28,544 bases of DNA from an uncultured Flavobacteriales bacterium (GTDB lineage Bacteria; Bacteroidota; Bacteroidia; AKYH767-A; 2013-40CM-41-45): the NCBI GenBank assembly GCA_964455985.1, contig CAYWDY010000001.1:6889-35432 (forward strand), written 5' to 3'. Under the pieces are notes generated by a model that saw only the letters and a list, made by a program, of their open reading frames with translations, was not told the DNA's origin and ran no database searches. Below, one piece after another: positions 16,008 through 25,359 of the stretch. Positions within the stretch are counted from its first letter, which is position 1, and the number at the start of each line of letters is the position of its first letter. Position numbers and translations under genes: made by a program.

Positions 16008-18482
16008 TCAATGGACAACGAGGAATCGTCGTGTGGCGACGAATCCGTCGGCTTGCAAACGAAGAAGGTAAACTCCTTCCGGCAAGGTAGCTGCTGACTG
16101 AGGCAGTTTCATCGTGTGCAATCCGTCAGGGAGCTCCGTTTCCTGTGACATCCCGGAGATGACGTGGCCAGAGATATCGAATACTTCAAGACGAACGTTG
16201 GAGGCACGGTCCAAGTTGAACTGGATGGTAGCATCATCGCGCAGCGGATTCGGATACAACGCCAGATCGAAAATCGGACTGGATGGATACAAAGACTTGG
16301 CCAGGTAGGATGAGGATGTGTTCGACGGAGGGGGAGGAGCAACGCCCACTTTCTGGATGGTGAATTGATCCCAAGTAGATCCAGTGTTGGTGAGGAATTT
16401 ACAATCCAAACGGTCACCGGCCACGTCAATCACCAAAGAACCATACACAGTATTCGTGCTCGTGTACATGGCATTGTGAGGCCAACCGGAGGAGGTAGCA
16501 CTCAATTGTCCGGATACGCCGCAAACCGTATAAACGGTACCGTAGAAATTAGGAGAGTTCTTCGTGTAGGAATTGGGAGAGATGCCGGAACCGGAATTCA
16601 CGGCCATGGTGGAACTGTTGAAGGTGGACTCCAGTCCATAATGTCCACGGATTAGATACGAACGCTCGTAGGCATGACTGTGTCCGGAAAGCACCAAGTC
16701 CACTTTGTAATTCTCCAGTATAGGGATAATGTTGGTTCTCATTTCCACCAGTTCGGTCGAGGAATCGGAATCGTGTGAGCCTTTGGAATACGGAGGATGG
16801 TGGAAATAGACAACGGTCCAGCGTTGGGTGTTGGCTGCGAGATCCGCCGCCAACCAGGTGGCTTGAGCGCCGTTCACCGCACGGAAGGGAGCATCCGTAG
16901 ACTCGAGGCAAACAAAATGGATGTTGGCGTAGTTGAAAGAGTAGTACGCTTCCGTGTTGCTGGCTCGTCCTCCCACCTCGCCGGCTTTCGGCAACGTGAA
17001 CGCATCGAAGTACGCTCCCGTCTGATTGGTGGCGTTGGCAGAATACAAATCGTGATTGCCTGTTGCCGGCCATACGACGAATTTGCGGAACTGGAATGGA
17101 TACATGTCGAATACGTTCGTCTGATATTCCGTATCCAAACCGTTCTGGTAGGCATTATCGCCGAGCCATAGCCAAATATTAGTCGGTGTGTTTCTCGAAT
17201 AATTCATGTACGCATCGCGCACTTGGCGCTGGGCGGTCGTCCCCAATCCGAAATCTCCAATGGCCCAAATGCGGACCGATCCCGTTGATCCGACCGCCGG
17301 ATGGGTATAGAAATAGTATCCCGTATCTCCTGCGACAGTGGCCGTTGATGTTCCAATGGAGTAGAAGTATTTTGTGTTCGGAGTCAGGTTGGTTATTTGA
17401 ACGATGTGCTCGGTAGTGGATGTAGCATTCGTAGCGCTGTAATTCAAATTAGAGGAGGAGGTGCCGAAGCGTACCGTGGAATTCGTAGCATTGTTGGTGC
17501 GCCAGCGGACATAGATGGAGGTAGTATTAGCTTGATTAAGATAAGGTCCCCGGGTGACCGAAAGCGATGAGGAGAGGGTAGTAAAAATTCCGCTGCCAGA
17601 CCAAGCGGCCGTACCGGATGAACAAACGGTCTGGACTTGGAACTCGTAGGTCGTAACTGGAATCAGTCCGGTAAGATTGGCAGAATTGGTGGTCGATGAT
17701 ACCGAGACCCAATTGCCCGAGTAACGAACGGCATACCTTACATTGTATCTGATAGCTCCGGAAACGGAACGCCAGCCTACCGTGACTGAGTTGGAAGTCC
17801 GGTTGCTGTTGGTGAAATAGGTCACATCCGCTGCTCCGCAGTTGCTGGAAAGCGTGGTGAATTGAAGCAACGTACTGTAGGACTGAGTAGTAGTGCCACA
17901 AATACAACGGACTGCCCATTCATACGTGGTGTTCGAGGAAAGTCCGGTCAGGGTATAGGTGCTCAGTGTGCCAGCGATCTTAATCCACACATAGTTGGTT
18001 GTTCCTACCACGTTGTATCGAATCATGAAGGTGTCAGCCCGGATGTAGGAGTTCCAGGAAAGGGTTGCCCCGGTGGATGTGATGTTAGTCGTGACATTCA
18101 GATTGGGTGTCACGCAGGATACGTTTTGGGCCAGCGTGGTGAACCCGACGGGATTCGTTTGGTAGGCGCCAGAAGTTCCAGTCAGACACCAAGTCCTTAC
18201 CTGCCAATAATATGTGGTGTTAGGTTTTAATCCCGTCAAGGTCGTGTTGGTGGCCGTGGCGGAAGAGACGGTCTTGTAGATAAAATTGGCCGTGCCGCTT
18301 TCGTAGTACCTGACTAGAAAACTATCGGCCGGACTGCTAATGGTCCAGTTGAGCCGGGCACCCGTGGAAGTAATTTGCGTGGTAGTCAGATTCGCTGGAA
18401 TGATACACTGTGCATTCATTCCTTCGGTTAAAACCAATCCAAGACCAAAAATGAAAATAAACCGGATCAAAAAAGTTTTCAT
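16008..18482 (-). CDS. Secreted 3x fibronectin-III plus purple-acid-phosphatase-type metallophosphoesterase with a T9SS C-terminal domain
   Basis: Start probably ATG 18482 (MKTFLIRF..., signal). Three Fn3 repeats; RGPYL PAP N-domain; GDFG, GDNAY, GNHD, FHHPPY and SGHSHAYER motifs; LYPNP...LPEGVYLLRL C-terminal domain. Confidence 0.9.
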   Translation of the reverse strand: MKTFLIRFIFIFGLGLVLTEGMNAQCIIPANLTTTQITSTGARLNWTISSPADSFLVRYYESGTANFIYKTVSSATATNTTLTGLKPNTTYYWQVRTWCLTGTSGAYQTNPVGFTTLAQNVSCVTPNLNVTTNITSTGATLSWNSYIRADTFMIRYNVVGTTNYVWIKIAGTLSTYTLTGLSSNTTYEWAVRCICGTTTQSYSTLLQFTTLSSNCGAADVTYFTNSNRTSNSVTVGWRSVSGAIRYNVRYAVRYSGNWVSVSSTTNSANLTGLIPVTTYEFQVQTVCSSGTAAWSGSGIFTTLSSSLSVTRGPYLNQANTTSIYVRWRTNNATNSTVRFGTSSSNLNYSATNATSTTEHIVQITNLTPNTKYFYSIGTSTATVAGDTGYYFYTHPAVGSTGSVRIWAIGDFGLGTTAQRQVRDAYMNYSRNTPTNIWLWLGDNAYQNGLDTEYQTNVFDMYPFQFRKFVVWPATGNHDLYSANATNQTGAYFDAFTLPKAGEVGGRASNTEAYYSFNYANIHFVCLESTDAPFRAVNGAQATWLAADLAANTQRWTVVYFHHPPYSKGSHDSDSSTELVEMRTNIIPILENYKVDLVLSGHSHAYERSYLIRGHYGLESTFNSSTMAVNSGSGISPNSYTKNSPNFYGTVYTVCGVSGQLSATSSGWPHNAMYTSTNTVYGSLVIDVAGDRLDCKFLTNTGSTWDQFTIQKVGVAPPPPSNTSSSYLAKSLYPSSPIFDLALYPNPLRDDATIQFNLDRASNVRLEVFDISGHVISGMSQETELPDGLHTMKLPQSAATLPEGVYLLRLQADGFVATRRFLVVH
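17575..18410 (-). repeat. Three intragenic Fn3 domain repeats
   Basis: Repeated T.IT.T.A.L.W...Y.VRY...L.PNTTY.W.VR..C...FTTL units in the translation; boundaries are approximate. Confidence 0.8.
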
Positions 18483-18627
18483 GCTCTTCGCTTCGTTCAT
18501 GCTTCTTTCTATATGGCAATTACGAAAATCTTTGGGTAATCACAATGAAAATTGAGGCTTATTCCCGATTTGGTACGATTATTTAACTAAAAACAATTCT
18601 GAAGTGGGATGGTTTCTGCCCAAAAAG

Positions 18628-18665
18628 AAAAACACTCCGCAGGAAGCGCCTACGGAGTGTTTTTT
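18628..18665 (-). terminator. Rho-independent terminator of the CotH-kinase gene
   Basis: The minus strand reads CACTCCGTAGG-CGCTT-CCTGCGGAGTG-TTTTTCTTTTT. The internal G-U pair forms only on the minus-strand transcript. Confidence 0.8.
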
Positions 18666-18684
18666 GATGTTTGTTTGACCTTTT

Positions 18685-21600
18685 TTATCGAACAACTATT
18701 TTTTCCATGAAGGCGACTCCGTCCGGATGCGTCACGCGGACGAAATAGGTGCCGGGTGAAATTTGGTGAACGTCCTGTTCCACTTGGTTAATGCCAGGCT
18801 GCAATCTGAGCGTGGAGTGCTGGACGATTCGTCCTAACATGTCGACAATTTCCACCTGCGCCGATATGGATTCGCGGGAATAGAGTGTCAGGGTGGTCAG
18901 CTCATCCGCCGGATTCGGATAAATGGATTGCAAGCCGATATGACTGGTGGGATCCATCATTCCAGTAAAACAATCCACGTGGAAGCTGTCGATGACTACA
19001 CAGGAATTCGCGTAATACGAATTACAAACATAAGTATCTGTCGCCTGAATGAACTGACATGCCATGCTGCCTCCGTTCGACCACTGGTAAAAGACCGCAT
19101 TGGGATCGACGCATAAATTGATCGGCATGGAGCAATCCGCCAACGTATCGATTACGGGATTGATACGCTGTGAAACAATGGTCAGACGGATGGGTACTCG
19201 GGCCGAGTGGCACGTATATCCGTTATCAACCCAATAAGTAACAGTCGTATCAGAACTGAAATAAGGCGTGGTGTATGGATTTCCGGTCTGCAGCAGATGT
19301 TGCACCGGAGCATTCGCTGCTGCGTCATACCAGGACACCTGCTGTAACGCTGAAGCAAACAATTCGACGGAACCGTATCCGCAGACCGTCGTGTCGCGCA
19401 CCGTTGGAAGCGGAGGAACCGGCTCTACATACACAATCGCTGGAACACGGCTGCTGGCGCAAACTCCATTCGACTGAACATAGAAGGTGTCCGTTTGCGT
19501 CAGACTGGGAGTCGTGAACAGGGCTCCATTGCCGAGAAGCTGACCGCCGGTCAACGAAGACCACCAAGAAACAGGGTCGACGCACGATGCGGTAATAACA
19601 GCAGGACCGGGGCCGCAGCGTGAATAGTTGCTCACGGTTGGGACCGAGGTCTCATTCATCATGACGTTGATGACCATACGATTGCTGGGACACAACGTCC
19701 CTGCTTCTACGAAGAAGGAGGTGTCAGACTGCAGGAAAGGAATATAGAATGAACTTCCTGTATTCAACAAACCACCGCCCACGGCCGCGTTATACCATCT
19801 GACCTGAGCCGTGTCCATGGCATGCAGTGTAATAGGGCCAGGGCCGCACAATCCCGTATCACGAACCGCGGGGATTGCTGTAATCGGAATGACTGGTACA
19901 GAAACAATGGTGCGGTTACTCGGACAAGACAACGTAGTCTGTGCATAATACGTCACCGTAGAGTTCAAACTTGGCGTTTGAAACGTATCGCCCATGGCGA
20001 TCGGATTGCCACCGGAAATCGTGCTGAACCAATAGACCGTATCCGGAGCGGTAGCGGTCAGTTGGATAGTTCCACTTCCACAAATGAATACCGGATCTAC
20101 GACCGGAGGAGTATTTCCGGAGACAACGGTAACTACTGCTGTATCCGAACGGGAACTGCATCCTTGGTTCATGACCAACACATGATACGATCCCGGCTGA
20201 TTCACCGTGGCCACGCTGGCGGTATCGCCGACTAGTATGACGTTGTTGCGGTACCACTGGTAGTCGAATCCGGCACCGATGGAAATCGAGAGTTGTGTGC
20301 TCTGACCAGAGCCCGGGCAGATGTTCAGATTACCGGACACATGCAACGGAATACCAAACGAGGTAGGTGTGTATGCTCGACAAGGCGAACCGCCTTTACA
20401 ACCGGCGACCCAGTTGGTACCGTCGTTCGGATCAAGGGAGAAATTGATTCGCTCACACGTGAAACCCAATCCATCCGCTTCGACGGGCCATGGTGCGATA
20501 TCCTGGTAATAGACGGACTCCTGGAGCAGACGAATTTGATCTCCGCCATTTCCGAAGTTGAATTCCATCGGACCGATGACTTTGCCGACATTCTGATAAT
20601 ACTCATTGAACTTCAGCATGTCCTCCGCGATGACCATGTACTCACCGGGTTGAAGGACGGTTCCTACGGGGAACGTATAGATGTGGTAATCCAATTCGTC
20701 ACGAAGCTTCCAATCGGAAAGATCGATAGGGGCCGAATCGGAATTCCGCAATTCAATCCAATCGCCGCAATCCGATGTGGGAGAAGAATTGTAATTGATT
20801 TCAGAAATATCCACCATCGGCGTACGCGGCGATCCGGAGAAGAAGGCCGTGGTAATCTGACTGGACGTGTAATTAGTGGTTACCGTCTGGTTGTAATCGT
20901 TGCCGAGCGTGTTCGAATTCCAATGGTTGAAAGTGTATCCCGGGTTAGGAATTGCTGTAATCGTTACGGGGTTACCGTTGAAGTAAACGCCACTCCAGGG
21001 ATAACTCGGGGGGATGATGGTGCTGATCTGTATGCGACCTGCTCCGGCCGGTGAAACAGCCAGCGTCCAAGTCACCTGACCGTTCAAGGCGAATTCCGAA
21101 TTGACCTGTCCACGAACCACCGCCAGTCGACGATTATAATAGTCCACCATATCGGCGATGTTGGTGCCTGTCCAATCCTGCATGGTACCTCCCCATTTGT
21201 TGAAATGCTCAGGCATGTCAGGTGCCATTACATTCTGAATGGAAAGACGGACACGATCCAGGTTGAGGGGCAGATATATCGTGTTCATCAAGTCGGCGTA
21301 GCGGTTGATGAAGTAACGGCGGAAGGTCGGGTTGTCGGTTATAGCATCGAAAATCTCGGAGGAGTGGCTGAAGGCCGAGGGATCGATGGCCATGTGCAAG
21401 CGGTTCTCAGACACACTGGCGCCCCCATAGCCGAAACCGAAATCGAGGTCATAGACCAGATAACGCAATTTTCCACCGGGTTTGCGTGGACTCCACATCT
21501 TGATGTTGTTGGTCCAGTCACCAATCCAATCGCCGTTGTTCACATACGTTTCAGCAATGAAATAATCTGCGTAGTTCTCCAGGTCTATACGGTCATTCAG

Positions 21601-23673
21601 AAAACCATAATAGGATGGGTCAGTCGGAGAGGTGCTGGTGGCGTAGTTGTAAATACTCCACCAAAGGGAGTCAGTCCCCTCTTTAAGTGTAATGGTGCTA
21701 CCATCTTCTTTCAGGTAGTTTAATTCGGAAATGTCCAGTCCTGCATTGAACTTCTGCCAGTGTTCATCGTGATTCTCGTGAACCGTGAAGACGCCCCAGA
21801 ATTCGCCGTTCAGATACATCGCCGTGGGCTCGGCTCCAATGTATCCGGTATGGGTGGGCTTTAGTACGCGTTCCATGAAGGCATCGCGGAAGTGCACCTT
21901 GTTCCAGTCGGTGCCTGCATTTCGGATAATGATGTCATCCGTTTCGTCAAGCCAAGGCTTGTCGGTGATGAAATTGTACCGTATCGATCCCGTACCGAAT
22001 CGGTCTGACAGCCCCAACTCCATGCTCTTTTGCGGTTTGGCACGGGAGTAATTTCCGTAGATGCTGATGTCGCAATCGAAGGAAGGGAAGGGCTTGTATT
22101 TGCTGGCGTCGAAGAACTCCACGTTAGCCGGTTTCTTCCAGTCCTGCCAGAAATTCGCGCCCTTGTAAGGATACACGTTGGTGTAATTGGAAGGGGGACC
22201 TAGTACGTAAATGCCGGTGTTGTAATCCCACAGGTTGAGGGAGTCCGTGGTAATCGAGAATACCGGCAATTGGATATTCTCGTCAATGACGTATAGATTG
22301 GTGACGACTCGACTCGGCATAAAGCCGTTGGCGAAATTCCGCACGCGAATAGTCTGCGTATGATCGATGGGAAGACTTCCCGTAAATACAGGGTCAGAGG
22401 TGTCCGGAATATCACCATTGGTAGTATATCGGGTTACGCACGATGCACAGGCCGCGTTGGGAAGCAACGAACAACTTTGAGCACCGGAATAAAAACCGGA
22501 GGACAGATCAAGCAATGGAATATCAGCGTATCCTTGATAGCAAGTCCTTATATTGGCTGTGTTTGGAGTCGGAGATTGAAAAAAGGTTTTGATACCGGAA
22601 CTGTCCTGACATATCCCGACCGAATTATCCGATTCAACCGATGTGTACGTGAATGAATCTACTACTATGCCGAGATTATTCGTCAAACAAACAGTCTCTC
22701 CAGATCTGCTTAATTTGAAATTTGCATTGTAATAATCATGGGTGGGTCGAGGAGGAAAACTAGGAAACCCACTGCTTGAATTCGTCCAAATAGATGAAAA
22801 GCCGGATGAGCCTTGCGGTGCAGTCTGGCAACCTAGGCTAAGATATGCTGCTGCATATAGCGAGGAGGAGGATAGTTTTTTATGAACCTCTAACGCTAAA
22901 ACGTTTTGTCCTGTTACTAATACAGATTGAAGCAAGTCGTAATCCAATGGAATGGAGTCCTGCTGATCCGAAGTGATTCGGTCCACCGACATACGTGCAC
23001 TTTCGTTCCACAATGGACGAAACCCTATGGTTCCCAAGTTACTCCTGGCTATTTCTTTTCCATTGATGTAAACCACATAACCGTCTTCGTAGTTCACGTT
23101 CAAAACCCCTTGAAGGATATTGTTTACTTCATTGATGTTGGAGAGGAAGAAGGTCTTTCTCATGAATACAGCCGTAGGTGCTGAATTCGTAATCGATACA
23201 TTCTCCACCGAGGATGAGGTGGATGTCCAACCTACCTCGTTAAAACCAATATTTCTCCAATTAGTATCTGGTGCCGAAGTACCTGACCGAAGATACTTCC
23301 ACCCTCCGGCTGTAGGATTAACCCCTGACACACGGTACCATGAGGAAATATTTCTAGTCTTGTCTTTGTCAGAGGCGAAGACCACCAGTCGTTGTCCTGC
23401 GTTAAGCGTGGTACCCGTAGGGAAAGTGAAGACGAACGGTTTTCCCGGAATGTCGGACAAACCATACCCCGCAAGGTTGACTTGCGATGATCCGCCGTTG
23501 TAGATTTCTATCCAGTCGTCGTATTCCCCGGTGTAGGCGTTCATCAACCCGGTCACGTTACTCGGACATACTTCGTTGATGTGGAGGTCGTTTTGCGCTT
23601 TCAATCCATTGGTAATCACAACCAAACAGAGAAGCAGCGTAAATTTTGAAATTTGGAGCAAAGATGAATTCAT
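18685..23673 (-). CDS. Large secreted CotH-kinase-family protein (lamin-tail domains, Fn3/chitobiase-associated domain, CotH, Ig-like repeats, T9SS C-terminal domain)
   Basis: Signal peptide; LHINEVCPSN...DWIEIYN lamin-tail domain; GFY...RYTTNG.IP; YGNYSRAKPQKS, IRNAGTDW...RD, YLNGEFWG, NGDW...NNIKMW and YDLDFGFG CotH motifs; second lamin-tail ISEINYNS..DWIELRN; IYPNP...PGTYFVRV C-terminal domain. Confidence 0.9.
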   Translation of the reverse strand: MNSSLLQISKFTLLLCLVVITNGLKAQNDLHINEVCPSNVTGLMNAYTGEYDDWIEIYNGGSSQVNLAGYGLSDIPGKPFVFTFPTGTTLNAGQRLVVFASDKDKTRNISSWYRVSGVNPTAGGWKYLRSGTSAPDTNWRNIGFNEVGWTSTSSSVENVSITNSAPTAVFMRKTFFLSNINEVNNILQGVLNVNYEDGYVVYINGKEIARSNLGTIGFRPLWNESARMSVDRITSDQQDSIPLDYDLLQSVLVTGQNVLALEVHKKLSSSSLYAAAYLSLGCQTAPQGSSGFSSIWTNSSSGFPSFPPRPTHDYYNANFKLSRSGETVCLTNNLGIVVDSFTYTSVESDNSVGICQDSSGIKTFFQSPTPNTANIRTCYQGYADIPLLDLSSGFYSGAQSCSLLPNAACASCVTRYTTNGDIPDTSDPVFTGSLPIDHTQTIRVRNFANGFMPSRVVTNLYVIDENIQLPVFSITTDSLNLWDYNTGIYVLGPPSNYTNVYPYKGANFWQDWKKPANVEFFDASKYKPFPSFDCDISIYGNYSRAKPQKSMELGLSDRFGTGSIRYNFITDKPWLDETDDIIIRNAGTDWNKVHFRDAFMERVLKPTHTGYIGAEPTAMYLNGEFWGVFTVHENHDEHWQKFNAGLDISELNYLKEDGSTITLKEGTDSLWWSIYNYATSTSPTDPSYYGFLNDRIDLENYADYFIAETYVNNGDWIGDWTNNIKMWSPRKPGGKLRYLVYDLDFGFGYGGASVSENRLHMAIDPSAFSHSSEIFDAITDNPTFRRYFINRYADLMNTIYLPLNLDRVRLSIQNVMAPDMPEHFNKWGGTMQDWTGTNIADMVDYYNRRLAVVRGQVNSEFALNGQVTWTLAVSPAGAGRIQISTIIPPSYPWSGVYFNGNPVTITAIPNPGYTFNHWNSNTLGNDYNQTVTTNYTSSQITTAFFSGSPRTPMVDISEINYNSSPTSDCGDWIELRNSDSAPIDLSDWKLRDELDYHIYTFPVGTVLQPGEYMVIAEDMLKFNEYYQNVGKVIGPMEFNFGNGGDQIRLLQESVYYQDIAPWPVEADGLGFTCERINFSLDPNDGTNWVAGCKGGSPCRAYTPTSFGIPLHVSGNLNICPGSGQSTQLSISIGAGFDYQWYRNNVILVGDTASVATVNQPGSYHVLVMNQGCSSRSDTAVVTVVSGNTPPVVDPVFICGSGTIQLTATAPDTVYWFSTISGGNPIAMGDTFQTPSLNSTVTYYAQTTLSCPSNRTIVSVPVIPITAIPAVRDTGLCGPGPITLHAMDTAQVRWYNAAVGGGLLNTGSSFYIPFLQSDTSFFVEAGTLCPSNRMVINVMMNETSVPTVSNYSRCGPGPAVITASCVDPVSWWSSLTGGQLLGNGALFTTPSLTQTDTFYVQSNGVCASSRVPAIVYVEPVPPLPTVRDTTVCGYGSVELFASALQQVSWYDAAANAPVQHLLQTGNPYTTPYFSSDTTVTYWVDNGYTCHSARVPIRLTIVSQRINPVIDTLADCSMPINLCVDPNAVFYQWSNGGSMACQFIQATDTYVCNSYYANSCVVIDSFHVDCFTGMMDPTSHIGLQSIYPNPADELTTLTLYSRESISAQVEIVDMLGRIVQHSTLRLQPGINQVEQDVHQISPGTYFVRVTHPDGVAFMEKIVVR
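19180..20090 (-). repeat. Four tandem ~75-aa Ig-like repeats (CHU_C-associated/Ig_7 type)
   Basis: CG.G...L.A.....V.W......GG..L..G..F.TP.L..T.T.YV....C.S.R..V unit repeated four times; boundaries are approximate. Confidence 0.8.
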
Positions 23674-23719
23674 GGCACAATGATAACGGATAAATCAAAA
23701 TTTTCAATAGGTAACCTCA

Positions 23720-23727
23720 CAAAGTTA
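23720..23727 (-). promoter_or_regulatory. -7 element for the CotH-kinase gene
   Basis: Exact TAACTTTG on the minus strand, 46 nt upstream of the ATG; the -33 spacing is imperfect. Confidence 0.5.
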
Positions 23728-23869
23728 ATGGCTCTGAAGCGCTCAAAATGCATTATTTTGGTGATTCCTATTTATTTGGGTGTGAAAAAACCTACTTTGG
23801 AGCAAGAAAAACATGATTCCGGTCAAAGCTACCGGTAACATTTACCACAACCTCAAATTCAGACTGAAA

Positions 23870-24568
23870 ATGGCCCCAAATCGTCGAGAATTTCTAAAAA
23901 CCACCGCCACGCTGACCGCTGCCGGGCTGCTGGTAGGTTGGGCTGATCCTGTTCAAGCCTTTTCCACCGCAGACGGTTTTACCCTTCCCCAGCTCCCCTA
24001 CCCCTACGATGCGCTGGAACCGCATATCGATAAGATGACCATGGAAATCCACCATTCCAAGCATCATCAGGCTTACGTGAATAACTTGAACAAAGCCTTG
24101 ACGGACAATAATTTACCCATGACCTCGCTGGAAGAAATGATGGCTGGGATATCCAAACTTCCCACGGCCGTTCGAAATAACGGCGGCGGCCATTGGAATC
24201 ATTCCTTCTTCTGGACGTTGATGAAACCCAACGGTGGTGGTGCTCCCACCGGAAAAGCCGCTGAAGCCATCAACGCCTCCTTCGGTTCTTTTGAGGAGTT
24301 CAAAAAAAACATGAATGAAGCCGGTGCCAAACGCTTCGGCTCCGGTTGGGCTTGGTTGGTGCGTACTTCCGACAACAAACTTGTCATCGGTTCCACACCG
24401 AACCAAGATAATCCGCTCATGGATGTATCCGACTTGAAAGGGAAACCGATCCTGGGCATCGATGTGTGGGAACATGCCTACTATTTAAAGTATCAAAACA
24501 AACGCGGGGATTACCTCAACGCCTGGTGGAATGTAATCGACTGGGACAAGGTATCTGCTGCTCTCTGA
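23870..24568 (+). CDS. sodA: Mn-type superoxide dismutase with a Tat signal peptide
   Basis: Start revised to ATG 23870 ([12 protein letters not shown]..., twin-Arg). [31 protein letters not shown] (Mn-type GGG), [14 protein letters not shown] and DVWEHAYY. Confidence 0.93.
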   Translation: MAPNRREFLKTTATLTAAGLLVGWADPVQAFSTADGFTLPQLPYPYDALEPHIDKMTMEIHHSKHHQAYVNNLNKALTDNNLPMTSLEEMMAGISKLPTAVRNNGGGHWNHSFFWTLMKPNGGGAPTGKAAEAINASFGSFEEFKKNMNEAGAKRFGSGWAWLVRTSDNKLVIGSTPNQDNPLMDVSDLKGKPILGIDVWEHAYYLKYQNKRGDYLNAWWNVIDWDKVSAAL

Positions 24569-24578
24569 TTTCCTACCC

Positions 24579-25358
24579 ATGCCCGTCGCTTTAATCACGG
24601 GCGCGTCCAGCGGTATAGGTCGCGCTCTGGCTTTTGTCTTTGCCGAACACGGATACGATCTCGTGCTGGTGGCACGTACCCAAGCCTCTTTGAACGAGGT
24701 GAAGAGCACGTGTGAAAGCAAACATAAGGTGTCAGTGTCGCTCATTGTTGCCGATCTATCAGAACGTGAAGCTGCCAACGCGGTATTTACAACCGTAAAA
24801 AACTCAGGAACTCCTATCGATGTGCTGGTCAACAACGCAGGGATCGGGGATTACGGCTGGTTCCATGAATCAGCGCTGGAGCGTCAACAACACATGATCG
24901 ATGTGAACATCACCTCGTTGATGCAGCTCACGCGACTATTCGTAACCGATATGGTTTCCCGGGGGAAAGGAAGAATCCTGAATATCGCTTCTACCGCCGC
25001 CTTCCAACCCGGACCGACCATGGCGGTATATTTCGCTACGAAATCTTTTGTGTTGCACTTCTCGGAAGCCATCGCCAACGAGTTGAAAGGAACGGGCGTG
25101 ACCGTCACCGTGGTTTGTCCCGGTGCGACACAAAGTGGATTTGAAGATACAGCACGGATGAACGGCAAAGGCTTGTTCTCCAAGAAAGGACATCCGACTT
25201 CCGAGGCCGTTGCCCGCTTCAGCTACGACGCCCTGATGAAAGGTAAAGTGGTGGCGATTCATGGCGCCCTGAACAGGTTCCTTACGTGGACCGTGCGTTT
25301 CACCCCGCGAGCAGCCGTGGTGGCCATTACACGTCGCATACAGCAAATGGGTCAATGA
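24579..25358 (+). CDS. Classical SDR oxidoreductase
   Basis: TGASSGIG, LVNNAGIG, GRILNIAS, YFATK (YxxxK) and CPGATQS. Confidence 0.92.
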   Translation: MPVALITGASSGIGRALAFVFAEHGYDLVLVARTQASLNEVKSTCESKHKVSVSLIVADLSEREAANAVFTTVKNSGTPIDVLVNNAGIGDYGWFHESALERQQHMIDVNITSLMQLTRLFVTDMVSRGKGRILNIASTAAFQPGPTMAVYFATKSFVLHFSEAIANELKGTGVTVTVVCPGATQSGFEDTARMNGKGLFSKKGHPTSEAVARFSYDALMKGKVVAIHGALNRFLTWTVRFTPRAAVVAITRRIQQMGQ

Positions 25359-25359
25359 T

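Noticed and set aside
20293-21723. 253-aa and 172-aa plus-strand ORFs
   Set aside because: Antisense shadows of the CotH gene, with no signal or domain features.
22490-23365. Diversity-generating retroelement target as the cause of the divergent segment
   Set aside because: No template/variable repeat pair or reverse transcriptase in the window, and the segment is far longer than a typical variable repeat; a distant DGR cannot be fully excluded.
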